A stretch of DNA of 38,085 nucleotides, taken from IMG/VR virus record IMGVR_UViG_3300045988_014547. One strand, 5' to 3'. The position numbers and the translations under genes were made by a program. Each line of letters starts with the position of its first letter. Within the stretch, counting starts at the first letter, position 1. The notes under the pieces were generated by a model. It was not told the DNA's origin and did no database searches. It worked only from the letters and a program-made list of their open reading frames with translations. This DNA is from a virus. Of the stretch, positions 13,098-22,820 are shown piece after piece.

Positions 13098-15395
13098 TTA
13101 AACACTGCCAATGGCAACCCAGGCCATCTGGCGGGTCGAGACGGTCGAAGAGCCGACGGCGGGGACATTTACCGTGAATTTTGTCGTTGTAACCGAATCT
13201 TTGAATACGGTACAAATTACGCCATTGAACGGCTGCCCGATAATCACAATCGGCTTTGCGGTGAACGTCGTCCCAAAATTGATGGTTGTATTCGTCTGGC
13301 CTGTGCTTTTGAAACTGATGGCGGACCAACCGCAGACGATTTTCTTGCCGCCCAGCAGCGTCGTTTCGGCTCTGTTTGCCAGGTCGTATGCTTTTTTTAC
13401 GGCGCCGGGCGTCGCGGCAGTGCCGCCGGCGGTGTCGGAGGTACTGAGGATGGAGTCCGAGAGCTTGACGTGCCCATAGTTCGTCGATGTGCCCTTGCCG
13501 TAGGTCGTCACCGTGCTGGCATGATTAGTCGGGGCCTTTCCACCGACGGCGGCCTGTGCAGCCTCTGCCGCGCTCTGCGCGTCTGCGGCCGTCTGCGCCG
13601 CGTCCGTCGCAACCTGCCCCGCCTCATTGGCTAGGTCGTACGCGCTGCTCGCTGCGCTGGAAGCCTGACTTGCCAGATCATAGGCGGCCTTGACGGCGGC
13701 GGGGGTGGCTGCAGTACCGCCGGAGGCGGCTGATAATGTGGAATTTGTTGCGTCGGAAAGCTTGGAATGTCCATAGTAACTGCCCGTCGCCTTGCCGTAG
13801 GTTGTGGCGGAGCTGGCGTGGTCCGTCGGCGCTTTCCCGCTGACGGCGCTGCTCGCCGCTGCCGCCTCGCTTGCCGCGCTCTCCGCCGCCGCCTGCGCCG
13901 CCTCCGCCGCGTTCTGCGCCGCGCTCGCCGTGTCATAAGCCTTTTTCACAGCAATAGGCGTCGCCGCCGTTCCGTTGGACGCGCCAAGGGTGCTGTTGGC
14001 GGAATCCGAAAGCTTTACGTGCCCGTACTTGCTCCCGTCTCCCACTCCGTATGACGTCGCGGTGCTGGCGTGAGCCTTGGGAGCCTTGTCAGCGGCAGCG
14101 GAGGCCGCTGCTTCGGCCGCCGCCAATGCGTCAGCGGCAGTGCTCTGCGCCGCTTCGGCGGTGGCCTGCGCGCTGGCTGCGTCGGCGACAGCGTTTCCCG
14201 CGTCGGACAGTGCCTTGTTTGCAACGCCGGAAACAGATGCGGCAGCAGCAACACTGCTGCGGATTGCGGCATCGCCGTTTTTTACAGCCGACGTCAGCGT
14301 CTGCGTCTTTGGGCCGATGGTTATCCTCGTGCTTGCCGGATCTGCAAGGTCTGTCGTTTTGGCCGTGCAGAGCAGTTTCTTGTTGATACCGTGTGGCGTA
14401 GAGATAATGCGGACATAATCTCCGACATAGATAGGCTTCATGCCCGCATCAACAGCGCTGAGGTCCAGCGCCTCCGCCGATACGGTATTCAGTGCCTCCT
14501 TCTGCGCATTGAGATACGACTGCGCCGCCTGGAGAAGCTGACCCGGGTCCGTGATCTCGTCCCAGGTCTGCGTCCCCCAGATATTCCGGTATTTTGCGAT
14601 TGTTTCTGCGTCTGCCTTGATATACGATTTTCCATTGTTTACGCTTTCAATCGTTGTGCGAGCATCCACCCCCTCCGGCTTGCCGCCATATGGGAGCAGC
14701 ACGGTGATGATATCGCCGCCAACAATGCCGTCCTCCAGGCTCAGAAGGTTCTTGCCATATTCTACCGTCTGCTGCGCCGTACCGGTGTAATCGGCCAGGT
14801 AATCTATGTATGTCGTACCATCGTCGGCATGGCGCGTGCGGAGATAGCCGCCCAACTGATTGATCAGCCCATCAATCAGCAAATCCCAGGTGCTCCGCGC
14901 TGTGTCGGCAGAGTATGTATACCCCTTACGCGCTGGAATGGTTACCTGTCCAACCGTAAACAACTTTTCCCGGTTGGAATTATCAATGCTGGTTGTATAG
15001 GCGTTATGATTTGCGATGAGTCGGCGGAACAGGTCCCCCGGCGTTGCCGTGCTGCCGCCGTACACAAATGGCGTGTGAACGGAATCGCACAGGAACGCAA
15101 GTTCTCCTTCGCAGTAAACCGAGACAATACCGTCTATGTCCTGCGTTGTCTCGATCACGCGCCCCCGGAAGATGAGGTCGTCCCCATCGTGGACGGTTAC
15201 AACAGTCATTAACTTCCGGATGCTGCCATACTCCGGATTCGTCGGGAGCACCTTAAAGCTCAAGCTTCCGTGTGAGTTGACCGCCTGATCCAGTGTTGGT
15301 TCTAATACATGGAGGGCCGGGTCCAGCGCATTTGATGCGTGCACCAGATGATTTTCTTTGCTATCTGGATTACGCCAATAGATTTTGTAATTCAC
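13098..15395 (-). CDS. Tail-associated (Tal-like) protein fused to fibre repeats and a C-terminal receptor-binding-like domain
   Basis: 765 aa. Positioned after Dit. The central part has three copies of a fibre-repeat motif (YG.....YGH[VS]KLSD..NST......GTAATP.AVK.AYD.A) separated by Ala-rich linkers. Confidence 0.75.
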   Translation of the reverse strand: MNYKIYWRNPDSKENHLVHASNALDPALHVLEPTLDQAVNSHGSLSFKVLPTNPEYGSIRKLMTVVTVHDGDDLIFRGRVIETTQDIDGIVSVYCEGELAFLCDSVHTPFVYGGSTATPGDLFRRLIANHNAYTTSIDNSNREKLFTVGQVTIPARKGYTYSADTARSTWDLLIDGLINQLGGYLRTRHADDGTTYIDYLADYTGTAQQTVEYGKNLLSLEDGIVGGDIITVLLPYGGKPEGVDARTTIESVNNGKSYIKADAETIAKYRNIWGTQTWDEITDPGQLLQAAQSYLNAQKEALNTVSAEALDLSAVDAGMKPIYVGDYVRIISTPHGINKKLLCTAKTTDLADPASTRITIGPKTQTLTSAVKNGDAAIRSSVAAAASVSGVANKALSDAGNAVADAASAQATAEAAQSTAADALAAAEAAASAAADKAPKAHASTATSYGVGDGSKYGHVKLSDSANSTLGASNGTAATPIAVKKAYDTASAAQNAAEAAQAAAESAASEAAAASSAVSGKAPTDHASSATTYGKATGSYYGHSKLSDATNSTLSAASGGTAATPAAVKAAYDLASQASSAASSAYDLANEAGQVATDAAQTAADAQSAAEAAQAAVGGKAPTNHASTVTTYGKGTSTNYGHVKLSDSILSTSDTAGGTAATPGAVKKAYDLANRAETTLLGGKKIVCGWSAISFKSTGQTNTTINFGTTFTAKPIVIIGQPFNGVICTVFKDSVTTTKFTVNVPAVGSSTVSTRQMAWVAIGSV

Positions 15396-16465
15396 AGCAC
15401 ACCCTCCTGATATGTGATTTTCACAACGCCGTTGCCATTGGGGAAGGTATCCGGAACGATCATAAGGTCCAGCATGTCACGCAGCACGATATCATCGCTG
15501 GATTTTGTTTCTCCCGCGGCGACATGGATTGACGCTCCAAGAACCAGAGACGGCCGCGAAGACTCAACAACGGAGATTGTTGCGCCATCGTTCGCGCAAG
15601 AGAATGTCGGCACAGTCGGTCGCGTGCATGCCGTAGGCGTAGCCGTAGAGGATTGTCCGTTGGTGATTCGTTCAGCCCGTCCGGGTTTCTGCCCACTGAT
15701 TTCCGTCGGTTCAAACTTCGACGTCTCAATTTCGATTGACGTTACAGCAGCAGCGTCGACCGTGGTCAGCTCCGAAATTCCGATGAAAAATTCCGGCCCG
15801 TCCTCTGCGTAAAAGGTAAACACCTGTGCGCGGTCGGAATTCGTTATCAGAATTTTAAATTGGCCCGACGAGATTTCCACGCCGACAAAACGCAGCGCGT
15901 AATATTTGCTCAAATCGGGATCAGCCAGCGCATATACGGTTCTCTCGCCCTTCGGCGTCTCCGAGCTGATCTGCAGATCGTAATCAAGCAGATCTGTATT
16001 GCTCAATGCGATCGTCTTCACCGTCGGTTCCGCAGTTGTTCGATAAGGTTGAGCCACCGCAGTTACATCAACGTCCCACGCATCGCCAGATGCGGACATT
16101 TCGCCGACCGTCAAACGGCAATCAAAGCAATACTTGTCCGATTCATCCAGATACAGTTTGCAGCGACGCCCCTGCAAGCACGCTGCGAAGTGAAGATATT
16201 CATCTGTCCGTTTGTCGCTTGTGCCATTCATTTCCGGCATAACACGCCGGAAGTGCAGGACGATCTCCCGATCCTCATACACCACATACCCCGTCAGCGC
16301 TTCCGACAGGTCGATGCTGCCGTTCGCCCCGGGGACCTCGACGTAATTTGTTTTTGGCGCCGGAGGGGTTACCTCCGGCGCGCTTTTCTGGATGAGTCCG
16401 AAGTCAGCATAGGACTTTAGGACCCGGTCCCCAAAATCAAAAACCACATTTCTTGTAAGATTCAT
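15392..16465 (-). CDS. Distal tail protein (Dit)
   Basis: 357 aa, between the tape measure and Tal genes. N-terminus has the DFGL...PPAPKTNYVEVPGANGSIDLSE pattern typical of siphovirus Dit. Confidence 0.75.
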   Translation of the reverse strand: MNLTRNVVFDFGDRVLKSYADFGLIQKSAPEVTPPAPKTNYVEVPGANGSIDLSEALTGYVVYEDREIVLHFRRVMPEMNGTSDKRTDEYLHFAACLQGRRCKLYLDESDKYCFDCRLTVGEMSASGDAWDVDVTAVAQPYRTTAEPTVKTIALSNTDLLDYDLQISSETPKGERTVYALADPDLSKYYALRFVGVEISSGQFKILITNSDRAQVFTFYAEDGPEFFIGISELTTVDAAAVTSIEIETSKFEPTEISGQKPGRAERITNGQSSTATPTACTRPTVPTFSCANDGATISVVESSRPSLVLGASIHVAAGETKSSDDIVLRDMLDLMIVPDTFPNGNGVVKITYQEGVL

Positions 16466-16468
16466 TGT

Positions 16469-19400
16469 TTAATTTCCCCTCGCTTTCCGCCGCAGCGTTG
16501 TACCATAAAGCTCATCCAGGGCGCGCCCGCTCACTTGGGACGCACCAGTGACAAGTACCGGTTGATTTTCCGCAATCTTCGGCAGATATGCATCCAGCCG
16601 GTTCAGCACACGGGCAAGCTTCGCATTCAGCGCGTCATATCCAACCCGGGGAGTATCGCTGCGCGTCGTTTCCCAGGAAAAATACTTCACCCCGCCGACG
16701 GCAGACTTTTTACCCGCACTGCTTTCCAACTGCGCGGCGCTGGTTTGTACCCGCCATTTGGCAGAGGATAGGCCATCCGCAAACGACCGGCCCGCGTCTG
16801 CGCCGAGATTATACAGACGGTCTTTCAGATTCAGCGTCGCAGTAACCGTCGCCGATAGGATAGATGCAGCGACACGGACCGAGCTTTGACTGCCGCGTAG
16901 GCCGCTTTGCAAGCCCTCCCCCGCATACTGCCCCATCTGACGCAACACCTTCGACGGGCTTGCAATACCCAGATAGGATTTGATTGCATCGACGATAGAC
17001 TGTGCAGACATTTTTGACGTGTCCTTCAGTCCTGGGATTGTGTCGTCCAAGCCCGATGTGAGCCCCAGCAGGGCATCTTTACCGGTGTCCTCCATATCGT
17101 CTGGCAAGCCATCAAAAGCGGCTAACATGCTTTCTGCAGACGTCTTAGCGGAATCCGATAGCTGACCGCCGCTCTTGACAAGCATAGACAACGTTGTCAG
17201 CGTTGCATTGCCCGCCTCCAGCTGATCTTCCGTCAGTCCAGCTGCGGCTAGCGCGTACTCTTCCGCGACCGCCTGTTGAGCGTGATAGAGATCCATCAGC
17301 TCAGCCTGGCCCTTGCCTGCTACGTCGCTCTGCTCGGCATAGTACCGGGAAACGATCCCCTGGAGCTCATCATAGGTGCTCTGCTCAGAAGAGATAGTCG
17401 CAGCCGCGTTGTCCGACAGCGCCGCCAGTGCTTCCTGCTGGTATTGGTCATTCTGAGCCTGCATCGCGTCGTGGTGGGCCTTTGCATCCTCCAGGCGTTT
17501 CTGGTATTCCTGCTCCGTAAGGGAACCCTCGACCTGGTACTGATTCTGAATCAGGGCCAGCTCGTTTAGATAATTGGTTTTCTCCAGCTCCGTTGCCTGC
17601 TCATAGGCAGCCTGGACATTGGAGATATACTGGGCCATTCCCTCCTGTGTGATTTGGTTCTTTTCCAGCTGGATTGCCTGCACGAGTGCCGCCTGCTGCT
17701 GCTGTGCAATACCGAGCTTCTCGGTTTCCAGCTCCCGCAGATTGTCATAGTGCTGGGCGATCTCGTCGAGCTCCGTCTGCCGTAAAGCCCGGCCTTCTTC
17801 CAGCGCCGCCGCAAAGATGCGGTTGATCGCATTAGCCTCAGTCTCGATCTGGGAATCCAGGTCGCCGACGGTCTTGCCGGTGCTGGAAAGCAGAGTGTTG
17901 AGATCCGAAATATTGGGCTGCGCTGCACCAATCGCATCTGAGAACGACGTAACACTAGCTGCTGCCTCTTCTAAGCTGATTTTTGCCTCATACACAGCCT
18001 TATTCGTAGCTCCAAAAATATTCTGAACAGTTTCAACAATGGACTTAACCCCGTTCCAAAGTCCATCAACAACAGCCTTGATAATTTTAGGCATATTTTT
18101 TAGGACTTCTTTGGCGACACCTGGTATTGCACGCACAACGCCAGAAAACAGCTCTGATGCAGCATCAATGATTACAGGAAGGCTTTTGGTAAGCGTTCCC
18201 GCAATATTCTGCACCATTTTAGTTGTCGACCTGATAAAACTCGGAAGTACCTTGCTAAGAAGGCCAGGAATTTTAGAGGAAAGCCGCTGCGTCAAATCGG
18301 ATAGCCCATGCGTCAGCCTGGGCAGCAGCTTTTGAATACGCGGGATGACATTATCCGCGACCGTGTCGACGGAGTCCACGACGTTGTCAACCAGGGTGTC
18401 AAAATCCTGTGTGTCATCCGCCATGCCAGTTGTAAAATTCTTCCAGGCCGCACGCATAGCGCTGACGCTGCCCTGGATTGTCTCGCTGGACTCCTTTGCC
18501 GTTGTGCCGGTAATGCCCATGTTAGTTTGCACAACATGGATTGCCTCGATCATCTTGTCAAAGGACACCTCATTCACCGTCCGTTCGGTGACCTTCATCG
18601 TATCGCCGAGCACGCCGGAGTCGTTGATAAGGCGGGCCATTTCGCCCGCCGTGCCGCCATACCCTAACTTGAGGTTGTCGAGCATGGTGTAATTCTGCTT
18701 TGCAAAGCCCTGATAGGCATTCTGGATCATCTCCATATCCGTGCCCATCTTGTTTGCGTTGTCCGACATGTCGGTAATGGCCTGATCCGCAATCACCGCC
18801 GCCGCCTCGGTATCGCCGCCGAGGCCCTGTAGCAGGGACGCGGAAAAGCTCGTGACCGTCTCCATGTAGTCGTTCGCAGACAATCCAGCGGTTTTATATG
18901 CAGTGTTCGCGTACGCGACCACTTTATCCGAGCTGCTCTTGAATAGCGTCTCAACGCCGCCAACGAGCTGCTCATAGTCGGAGTAACCCACAATGCTCTG
19001 CTTTGCCACCGATGTAAAAACCGCTGCAGCTGCTGCAGTGACAGCGGCAAGTCCCTTTACGACGGCCGATGCGACAGGGCTTAATTGGGATAGGCCGTTT
19101 TTTAACTTACTTAAAAATCCGCCGGATTTTTCACCCGCATCCTCTGCATCGTCACCAGCATCATCCATGGACTTACCCAGACGGTCCATCTCCTTTTTGA
19201 GACTTCCGGCCTCCTTTTCCGCTTCGGCAAGCTTCGCCGCCAGCTCCTGTGTCTCTTTCGATGTTTCGCCGGTCTCCTGCGCAGATTGATTAAACTGCTT
19301 CGTCAGGTCGTCGACTTCTTTGCTCGCAGACTCGTACTGTTCGCCCAGGCTATTGATTTTGTTTCGCAGGGTCTCTGAATCCTTCCCGGTCGTTTTCATA

Positions 19401-19501
19401 TCGCCGCCAAGGGATTTACAGGCTTTCGACACCCGATCCACGCCGCTGTCAAAGTCGCCGGTGTCCACAGAGATTTTGACGAACAGATCAAATAGATTCA
19501 T
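16469..19501 (-). CDS. Tail tape measure protein
   Basis: 1010 aa, helical and Ala/Gln-rich. Canonical position after the chaperone genes. Confidence 0.9.
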   Translation of the reverse strand: MNLFDLFVKISVDTGDFDSGVDRVSKACKSLGGDMKTTGKDSETLRNKINSLGEQYESASKEVDDLTKQFNQSAQETGETSKETQELAAKLAEAEKEAGSLKKEMDRLGKSMDDAGDDAEDAGEKSGGFLSKLKNGLSQLSPVASAVVKGLAAVTAAAAAVFTSVAKQSIVGYSDYEQLVGGVETLFKSSSDKVVAYANTAYKTAGLSANDYMETVTSFSASLLQGLGGDTEAAAVIADQAITDMSDNANKMGTDMEMIQNAYQGFAKQNYTMLDNLKLGYGGTAGEMARLINDSGVLGDTMKVTERTVNEVSFDKMIEAIHVVQTNMGITGTTAKESSETIQGSVSAMRAAWKNFTTGMADDTQDFDTLVDNVVDSVDTVADNVIPRIQKLLPRLTHGLSDLTQRLSSKIPGLLSKVLPSFIRSTTKMVQNIAGTLTKSLPVIIDAASELFSGVVRAIPGVAKEVLKNMPKIIKAVVDGLWNGVKSIVETVQNIFGATNKAVYEAKISLEEAAASVTSFSDAIGAAQPNISDLNTLLSSTGKTVGDLDSQIETEANAINRIFAAALEEGRALRQTELDEIAQHYDNLRELETEKLGIAQQQQAALVQAIQLEKNQITQEGMAQYISNVQAAYEQATELEKTNYLNELALIQNQYQVEGSLTEQEYQKRLEDAKAHHDAMQAQNDQYQQEALAALSDNAAATISSEQSTYDELQGIVSRYYAEQSDVAGKGQAELMDLYHAQQAVAEEYALAAAGLTEDQLEAGNATLTTLSMLVKSGGQLSDSAKTSAESMLAAFDGLPDDMEDTGKDALLGLTSGLDDTIPGLKDTSKMSAQSIVDAIKSYLGIASPSKVLRQMGQYAGEGLQSGLRGSQSSVRVAASILSATVTATLNLKDRLYNLGADAGRSFADGLSSAKWRVQTSAAQLESSAGKKSAVGGVKYFSWETTRSDTPRVGYDALNAKLARVLNRLDAYLPKIAENQPVLVTGASQVSGRALDELYGTTLRRKARGN

Positions 19502-19504
19502 CTT

Positions 19505-19735
19505 TTACTCACCTGCCTTTTTCTCTGCGATCCGCCTGACAAGGTCTGCCGCAACCTCCTCCGCGTCGCATGGTTCCTCCGGCTGACCGCCTGGCAGGAC
19601 AATCTCCATCCAGTCCGTCAGCCGCTTACCGCTGACGGCGTCCATCACGCTGTTTAGGCACTCTGCCACATAGCACTGGAACGCCAGTCCCAGCGACAGG
19701 TCGTCAAACCGCGCCGCGCAAAACGTGAGGAAAGC
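19505..19735 (-). CDS. Possible -1 frame extension of the tail assembly chaperone (gpT-like)
   Basis: 76 open codons (AFLTFCAARFDDLSLGLAFQCYVAECLNSVMDAVSGKRLTDWMEIV...) in the -1 frame relative to 19738-20142. No start codon or RBS of its own. Ends 1 nt before the TMP RBS region. Confidence 0.4.
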   Translation of the reverse strand, partial: AFLTFCAARFDDLSLGLAFQCYVAECLNSVMDAVSGKRLTDWMEIVLPGGQPEEPCDAEEVAADLVRRIAEKKAGE

Positions 19736-19737
19736 GT

Positions 19738-20142
19738 TTACTGTGCTTGGGCCGTGGTATTCTCCGATGCAGAGCCAGAGACAGCGGCGTCCGTTTCTGT
19801 CTCCGCAGAGGGAAAAAGCCCGAGAAACTCCGGGTCCGTCATGAGGTCGACAATGTCGGAAGTGAGTTTGAACAGATTCAAACTCTCCGCGTATGCCTCC
19901 GGCGTAACACCAGCCAGCGCCGCCAGAAGCTGCACAATATCCTCCCGGTGCCCCTTGATGAGAGCTGGAGCGGATTTTTTCACCCGCTCCAGCATAAACT
20001 CCTTCGGTTTCTTTCCCTTCGGGCAGCGCTGCCGCTGGAACAGCGCCGCTGCGGTCTGATCTGCGGCGATATTGGCAATAGGTTCGATGATTTCCGCGAT
20101 CACGTCCAGCGTCCGCTCGCCTTTGATATCAGAAAGCTTCAT
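19738..20142 (-). CDS. Tail assembly chaperone (gpG-like)
   Basis: 134 aa, acidic C-terminus, located between the major tail and tape measure genes. Confidence 0.7.
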   Translation of the reverse strand: MKLSDIKGERTLDVIAEIIEPIANIAADQTAAALFQRQRCPKGKKPKEFMLERVKKSAPALIKGHREDIVQLLAALAGVTPEAYAESLNLFKLTSDIVDLMTDPEFLGLFPSAETETDAAVSGSASENTTAQAQ

Positions 20143-20741
20143 GCCCCAGCCTCCGCCGTACCGGCCTTGACAAAGACCTCATAGGGCACCTTGTTCTGGT
20201 CTACCATGGAATAATGGCCGGTAAATTCAAAGGCAAACTGGCCCTTTCCCTTATTGGTGCTCTGGATCTGGAAACCGCCGGTAGACAGGGAGTTAAGCAT
20301 ATGGATCGCGACAAAGCCGCCGTTTGTCGCGCCGTTTTTGTCGGAGTAATCGCCGACCCACCAGATATCCTTGAAGTCCGTGTCCGCAACATCGTTGCGC
20401 GGCGTGATCTTCGTTGTGTCGGTCTTGTCCACATCCGCAGCACCCGCCATAAGCGCCGCGGAGGACGTCGAGACCGTGATAAAACTGCCGGACATTTTGA
20501 CCTCCCAGCCGGTCAGCTTTTTCAGCTCCTTCACGTTAACCGGGGCATTATCGATATCGGCTCCATAGTCCTCATAGGTCGGCGTGGCGATGAAGTTGAC
20601 GCCGCCGCTGGTCGCGCCGATCATGACAGCGAGGAGTTCCTGCTCCGTCATGCCGTCCTTCGTGTCGAAGTCAGTGAGCAAAACGCCTGCGTTCAGCTGC
20701 AACTCCTTAAACGCGTTTTCTGGAATCTTCGTATATTTCAT
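20139..20741 (-). CDS. Major tail protein
   Basis: 200 aa. Assigned by position and a beta-rich sequence typical of siphovirus tube proteins. Confidence 0.7.
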   Translation of the reverse strand: MKYTKIPENAFKELQLNAGVLLTDFDTKDGMTEQELLAVMIGATSGGVNFIATPTYEDYGADIDNAPVNVKELKKLTGWEVKMSGSFITVSTSSAALMAGAADVDKTDTTKITPRNDVADTDFKDIWWVGDYSDKNGATNGGFVAIHMLNSLSTGGFQIQSTNKGKGQFAFEFTGHYSMVDQNKVPYEVFVKAGTAEAGA

Positions 20742-20757
20742 GTTATCGTTCCTCCAT

Positions 20758-21126
20758 TCAGTCCTGCGACAGGTATTCTACCGTGATATTTAAATACCGC
20801 CGCTTGATGTTTTTGTCGTCGTCCTGTGCAATATTCTGGCACCACGGAGAGCCGCGCTTGAACCACATCACGCCACCGTCATACGGCACAATGCAGCCGC
20901 CCATTCCGATGGTGTCCGCGATTTCCTGAGCCTTTGCATTGGGGACCGCTTCGCTTTCCGTGTAAAACCAGAGGTTGACCGTCAGTCCGATTTCCCCGCT
21001 GTCCCACGCGCCGGTGACCAGCTCATAAGTCAGCCACGGGAAAACCGCATCATCCGGCACATTCGAAGCTGGATAAGCCGGCAGAAATTGGGAAAACCAC
21101 GCATGAAGCGCCTTGTCCTTTGTCAT
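20758..21126 (-). CDS. Tail terminator/completion-like protein
   Basis: 122 aa, immediately upstream of the major tail gene. Assigned by position only. Confidence 0.45.
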   Translation of the reverse strand: MTKDKALHAWFSQFLPAYPASNVPDDAVFPWLTYELVTGAWDSGEIGLTVNLWFYTESEAVPNAKAQEIADTIGMGGCIVPYDGGVMWFKRGSPWCQNIAQDDDKNIKRRYLNITVEYLSQD

Positions 21127-21482
21127 TTTGGAAGGTCCTTTCGTTCTGCGGTGAAGAATTTTAGCCCGCGAATTGTCGCCCCCGCAGACTTCGGCGCTTC
21201 CCGTTCCTCCGGGTTCGACGTTACGCGGTATGTGACGCCGGATGCAACGTCGCGGAAATAGTCCATGTATTCAATGGGGACAGTCTTGTTCACCAGCGCG
21301 GAATATACCGAGGTAACGCCCTCTTTTTCCGCCCGGCGGGCCTCCATCGAAGTATCGAGGGCCTGGTAATTGAGAAATTCCGCCCCCTCCGTCCATGTGA
21401 CTTCATAGCCGCCCGCGCCATCAGGGACGCGCTTTTTCTCCATCAGCACACACTGTTGGGAAAAATCATCTAACAGACTCAT
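21123..21482 (-). CDS. Head closure/head-tail adaptor-like protein
   Basis: ATG at 21482 (MSLLDDFSQQCVLMEKKRVPDGAGGYEVTWTEG...). The track ORF starts further upstream without support. Confidence 0.5.
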   Translation of the reverse strand: MSLLDDFSQQCVLMEKKRVPDGAGGYEVTWTEGAEFLNYQALDTSMEARRAEKEGVTSVYSALVNKTVPIEYMDYFRDVASGVTYRVTSNPEEREAPKSAGATIRGLKFFTAERKDLPK

Positions 21483-21504
21483 ATCGGGATTTGCACCTCC
21501 ATTT

Positions 21505-21942
21505 TCACGGCTCCACGCCCTTAATTTTTCTCCATGGATTGAGCTGCGCCCGGAAAGCCGCCTGCCAGCCGCCAGCCGCCCCGTTGCCGGTATTTTCTGC
21601 GGATTTGCTGTAACTGTACCCGCCGAAGCTTTCGCTTGTATACGGGCTTGCAGCGGCTTCCCCGTACTTCTCCAGCCATGCGGAAATCTCATCCGCCAGG
21701 GAAAAGATTGCCTTCGGAATCGCCAGCGCCCAGATGTAGCCGGTGAAAGATTCGTCCATCAGATCTGTCGCCGGGTATTGATGCAGCCCGTCATTGAACA
21801 CCGAGCCGATGATCCGGAAGTACTGCCCGGACGCGACAAAGGGCAGCGTGATGCTGCCCTTTTCTACGCTATAATCGCCCGGCTGAACGTCCACAACGAA
21901 CCAGTTGTTTAGGTGCCGCAGGATCTGTTCCAGCATCGCCAC
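21505..21942 (-). CDS. Head-tail connector-like protein
   Basis: 145 aa, directly after the capsid gene. Assigned by position. Confidence 0.45.
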   Translation of the reverse strand: MAMLEQILRHLNNWFVVDVQPGDYSVEKGSITLPFVASGQYFRIIGSVFNDGLHQYPATDLMDESFTGYIWALAIPKAIFSLADEISAWLEKYGEAAASPYTSESFGGYSYSKSAENTGNGAAGGWQAAFRAQLNPWRKIKGVEP

Positions 21943-21951
21943 GCCCTCCGA

Positions 21952-22818
21952 TTAGGCCACGGAAGCAATAAGCTTTGCGATCTGGCTGCCGTCGGTGACC
22001 TTCGCGCCGTAGACATGCAGGCCCTTGACGGCGTCGGCAAAGCGCTTTTCGAGGCGGTATGCCTCAGTCTTGATGATCTGCTCTGCATAGGTCGTCGCCG
22101 TGCTGACCTGGGCCGTGATCTCGAAATACGGGGTCTTCCCAGTGTCCGTGCCGGTGCCGGTGTGGACGTTGTTGGACATGTAAACCGTAAAGCCAGCCAC
22201 GCGGCCAACCTCGCCGTTGAGTAGGGCACTCTGCCCGGCGGCGGCGTCGCTCTTGGCGAAGCGGTCGTCCATCAGCAGCAGCGCATAGACCTCAGGCGGG
22301 ACGATGATGGTCCGGCCCGGGTTGGGAACGTTGGCCTTGTCCAGTTTCGTGCGCAGTTTCACGATGTTCTCATACACGTTTGCTGCCGTCAGTGCAATCG
22401 GGCCGCTGGACGCGCCGACCGTGTTGCCGGAAGCTGCGCCCGCAGCGATCGTCTTGAGCAGATAAGCGTCCGCGACATCTGCCAGGCTATAGGCAGCGCG
22501 GCTCATCGCAGTATCGACCAGGTCGCCAGCCGCCTGCACATTATCCACGTCATCGACCTGGAAGTTGAAGTATTTGCACTGGTCGATGACAAGTGTCTGG
22601 TCCGTCGTGGTCAGCGCATCGGGATCAGCAATGTCGGCGTTTTTGGTGTAATCCTTGACGGTGATCGCGCCGATGGAGTTGATGTGAACGGTGTCGCCCT
22701 GGTTGGCAATAATGCCCTGGTACTCCCGGTTGACCAGGTTCGTTGCGACGTGCGCCTTGTCCAGCGCGTAGAGGAGCCGTGCGCTCCAAAGTTCAGGGAT
22801 AAAAGTAGTAGTAGCCAT
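21952..22818 (-). CDS. Major capsid protein (P22-coat/gp5-like family)
   Basis: 288 aa. Begins MATTTFIPELWSARLLYALDKAHVATNLVNREYQGIIANQGDTVHIN. Follows the scaffold gene. Confidence 0.85.
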   Translation of the reverse strand: MATTTFIPELWSARLLYALDKAHVATNLVNREYQGIIANQGDTVHINSIGAITVKDYTKNADIADPDALTTTDQTLVIDQCKYFNFQVDDVDNVQAAGDLVDTAMSRAAYSLADVADAYLLKTIAAGAASGNTVGASSGPIALTAANVYENIVKLRTKLDKANVPNPGRTIIVPPEVYALLLMDDRFAKSDAAAGQSALLNGEVGRVAGFTVYMSNNVHTGTGTDTGKTPYFEITAQVSTATTYAEQIIKTEAYRLEKRFADAVKGLHVYGAKVTDGSQIAKLIASVA

Positions 22819-22820
22819 GT

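Noticed and set aside
13631-14272. Arg/Pro-rich ORFs (e.g. MTRRARRRTRRRRRR...) and long plus-strand ORFs over the tail fibre gene.
   Set aside because: These are alternative-frame or antisense readings of GCN-rich Ala linker DNA inside a 765-aa gene with clear tail-protein features.
13098-15395. A diversity-generating retroelement or template/variable repeat pair in the tail fibre gene.
   Set aside because: No reverse transcriptase is encoded. The three internal repeats differ at all base types rather than specifically at adenines, and they are ordinary protein-level fibre repeats.
19738-20184. Plus-strand ORFs 19747-20184 and 19754-20059 over the chaperone gene.
   Set aside because: They are antisense to a gene in conserved structural synteny and have no RBS.
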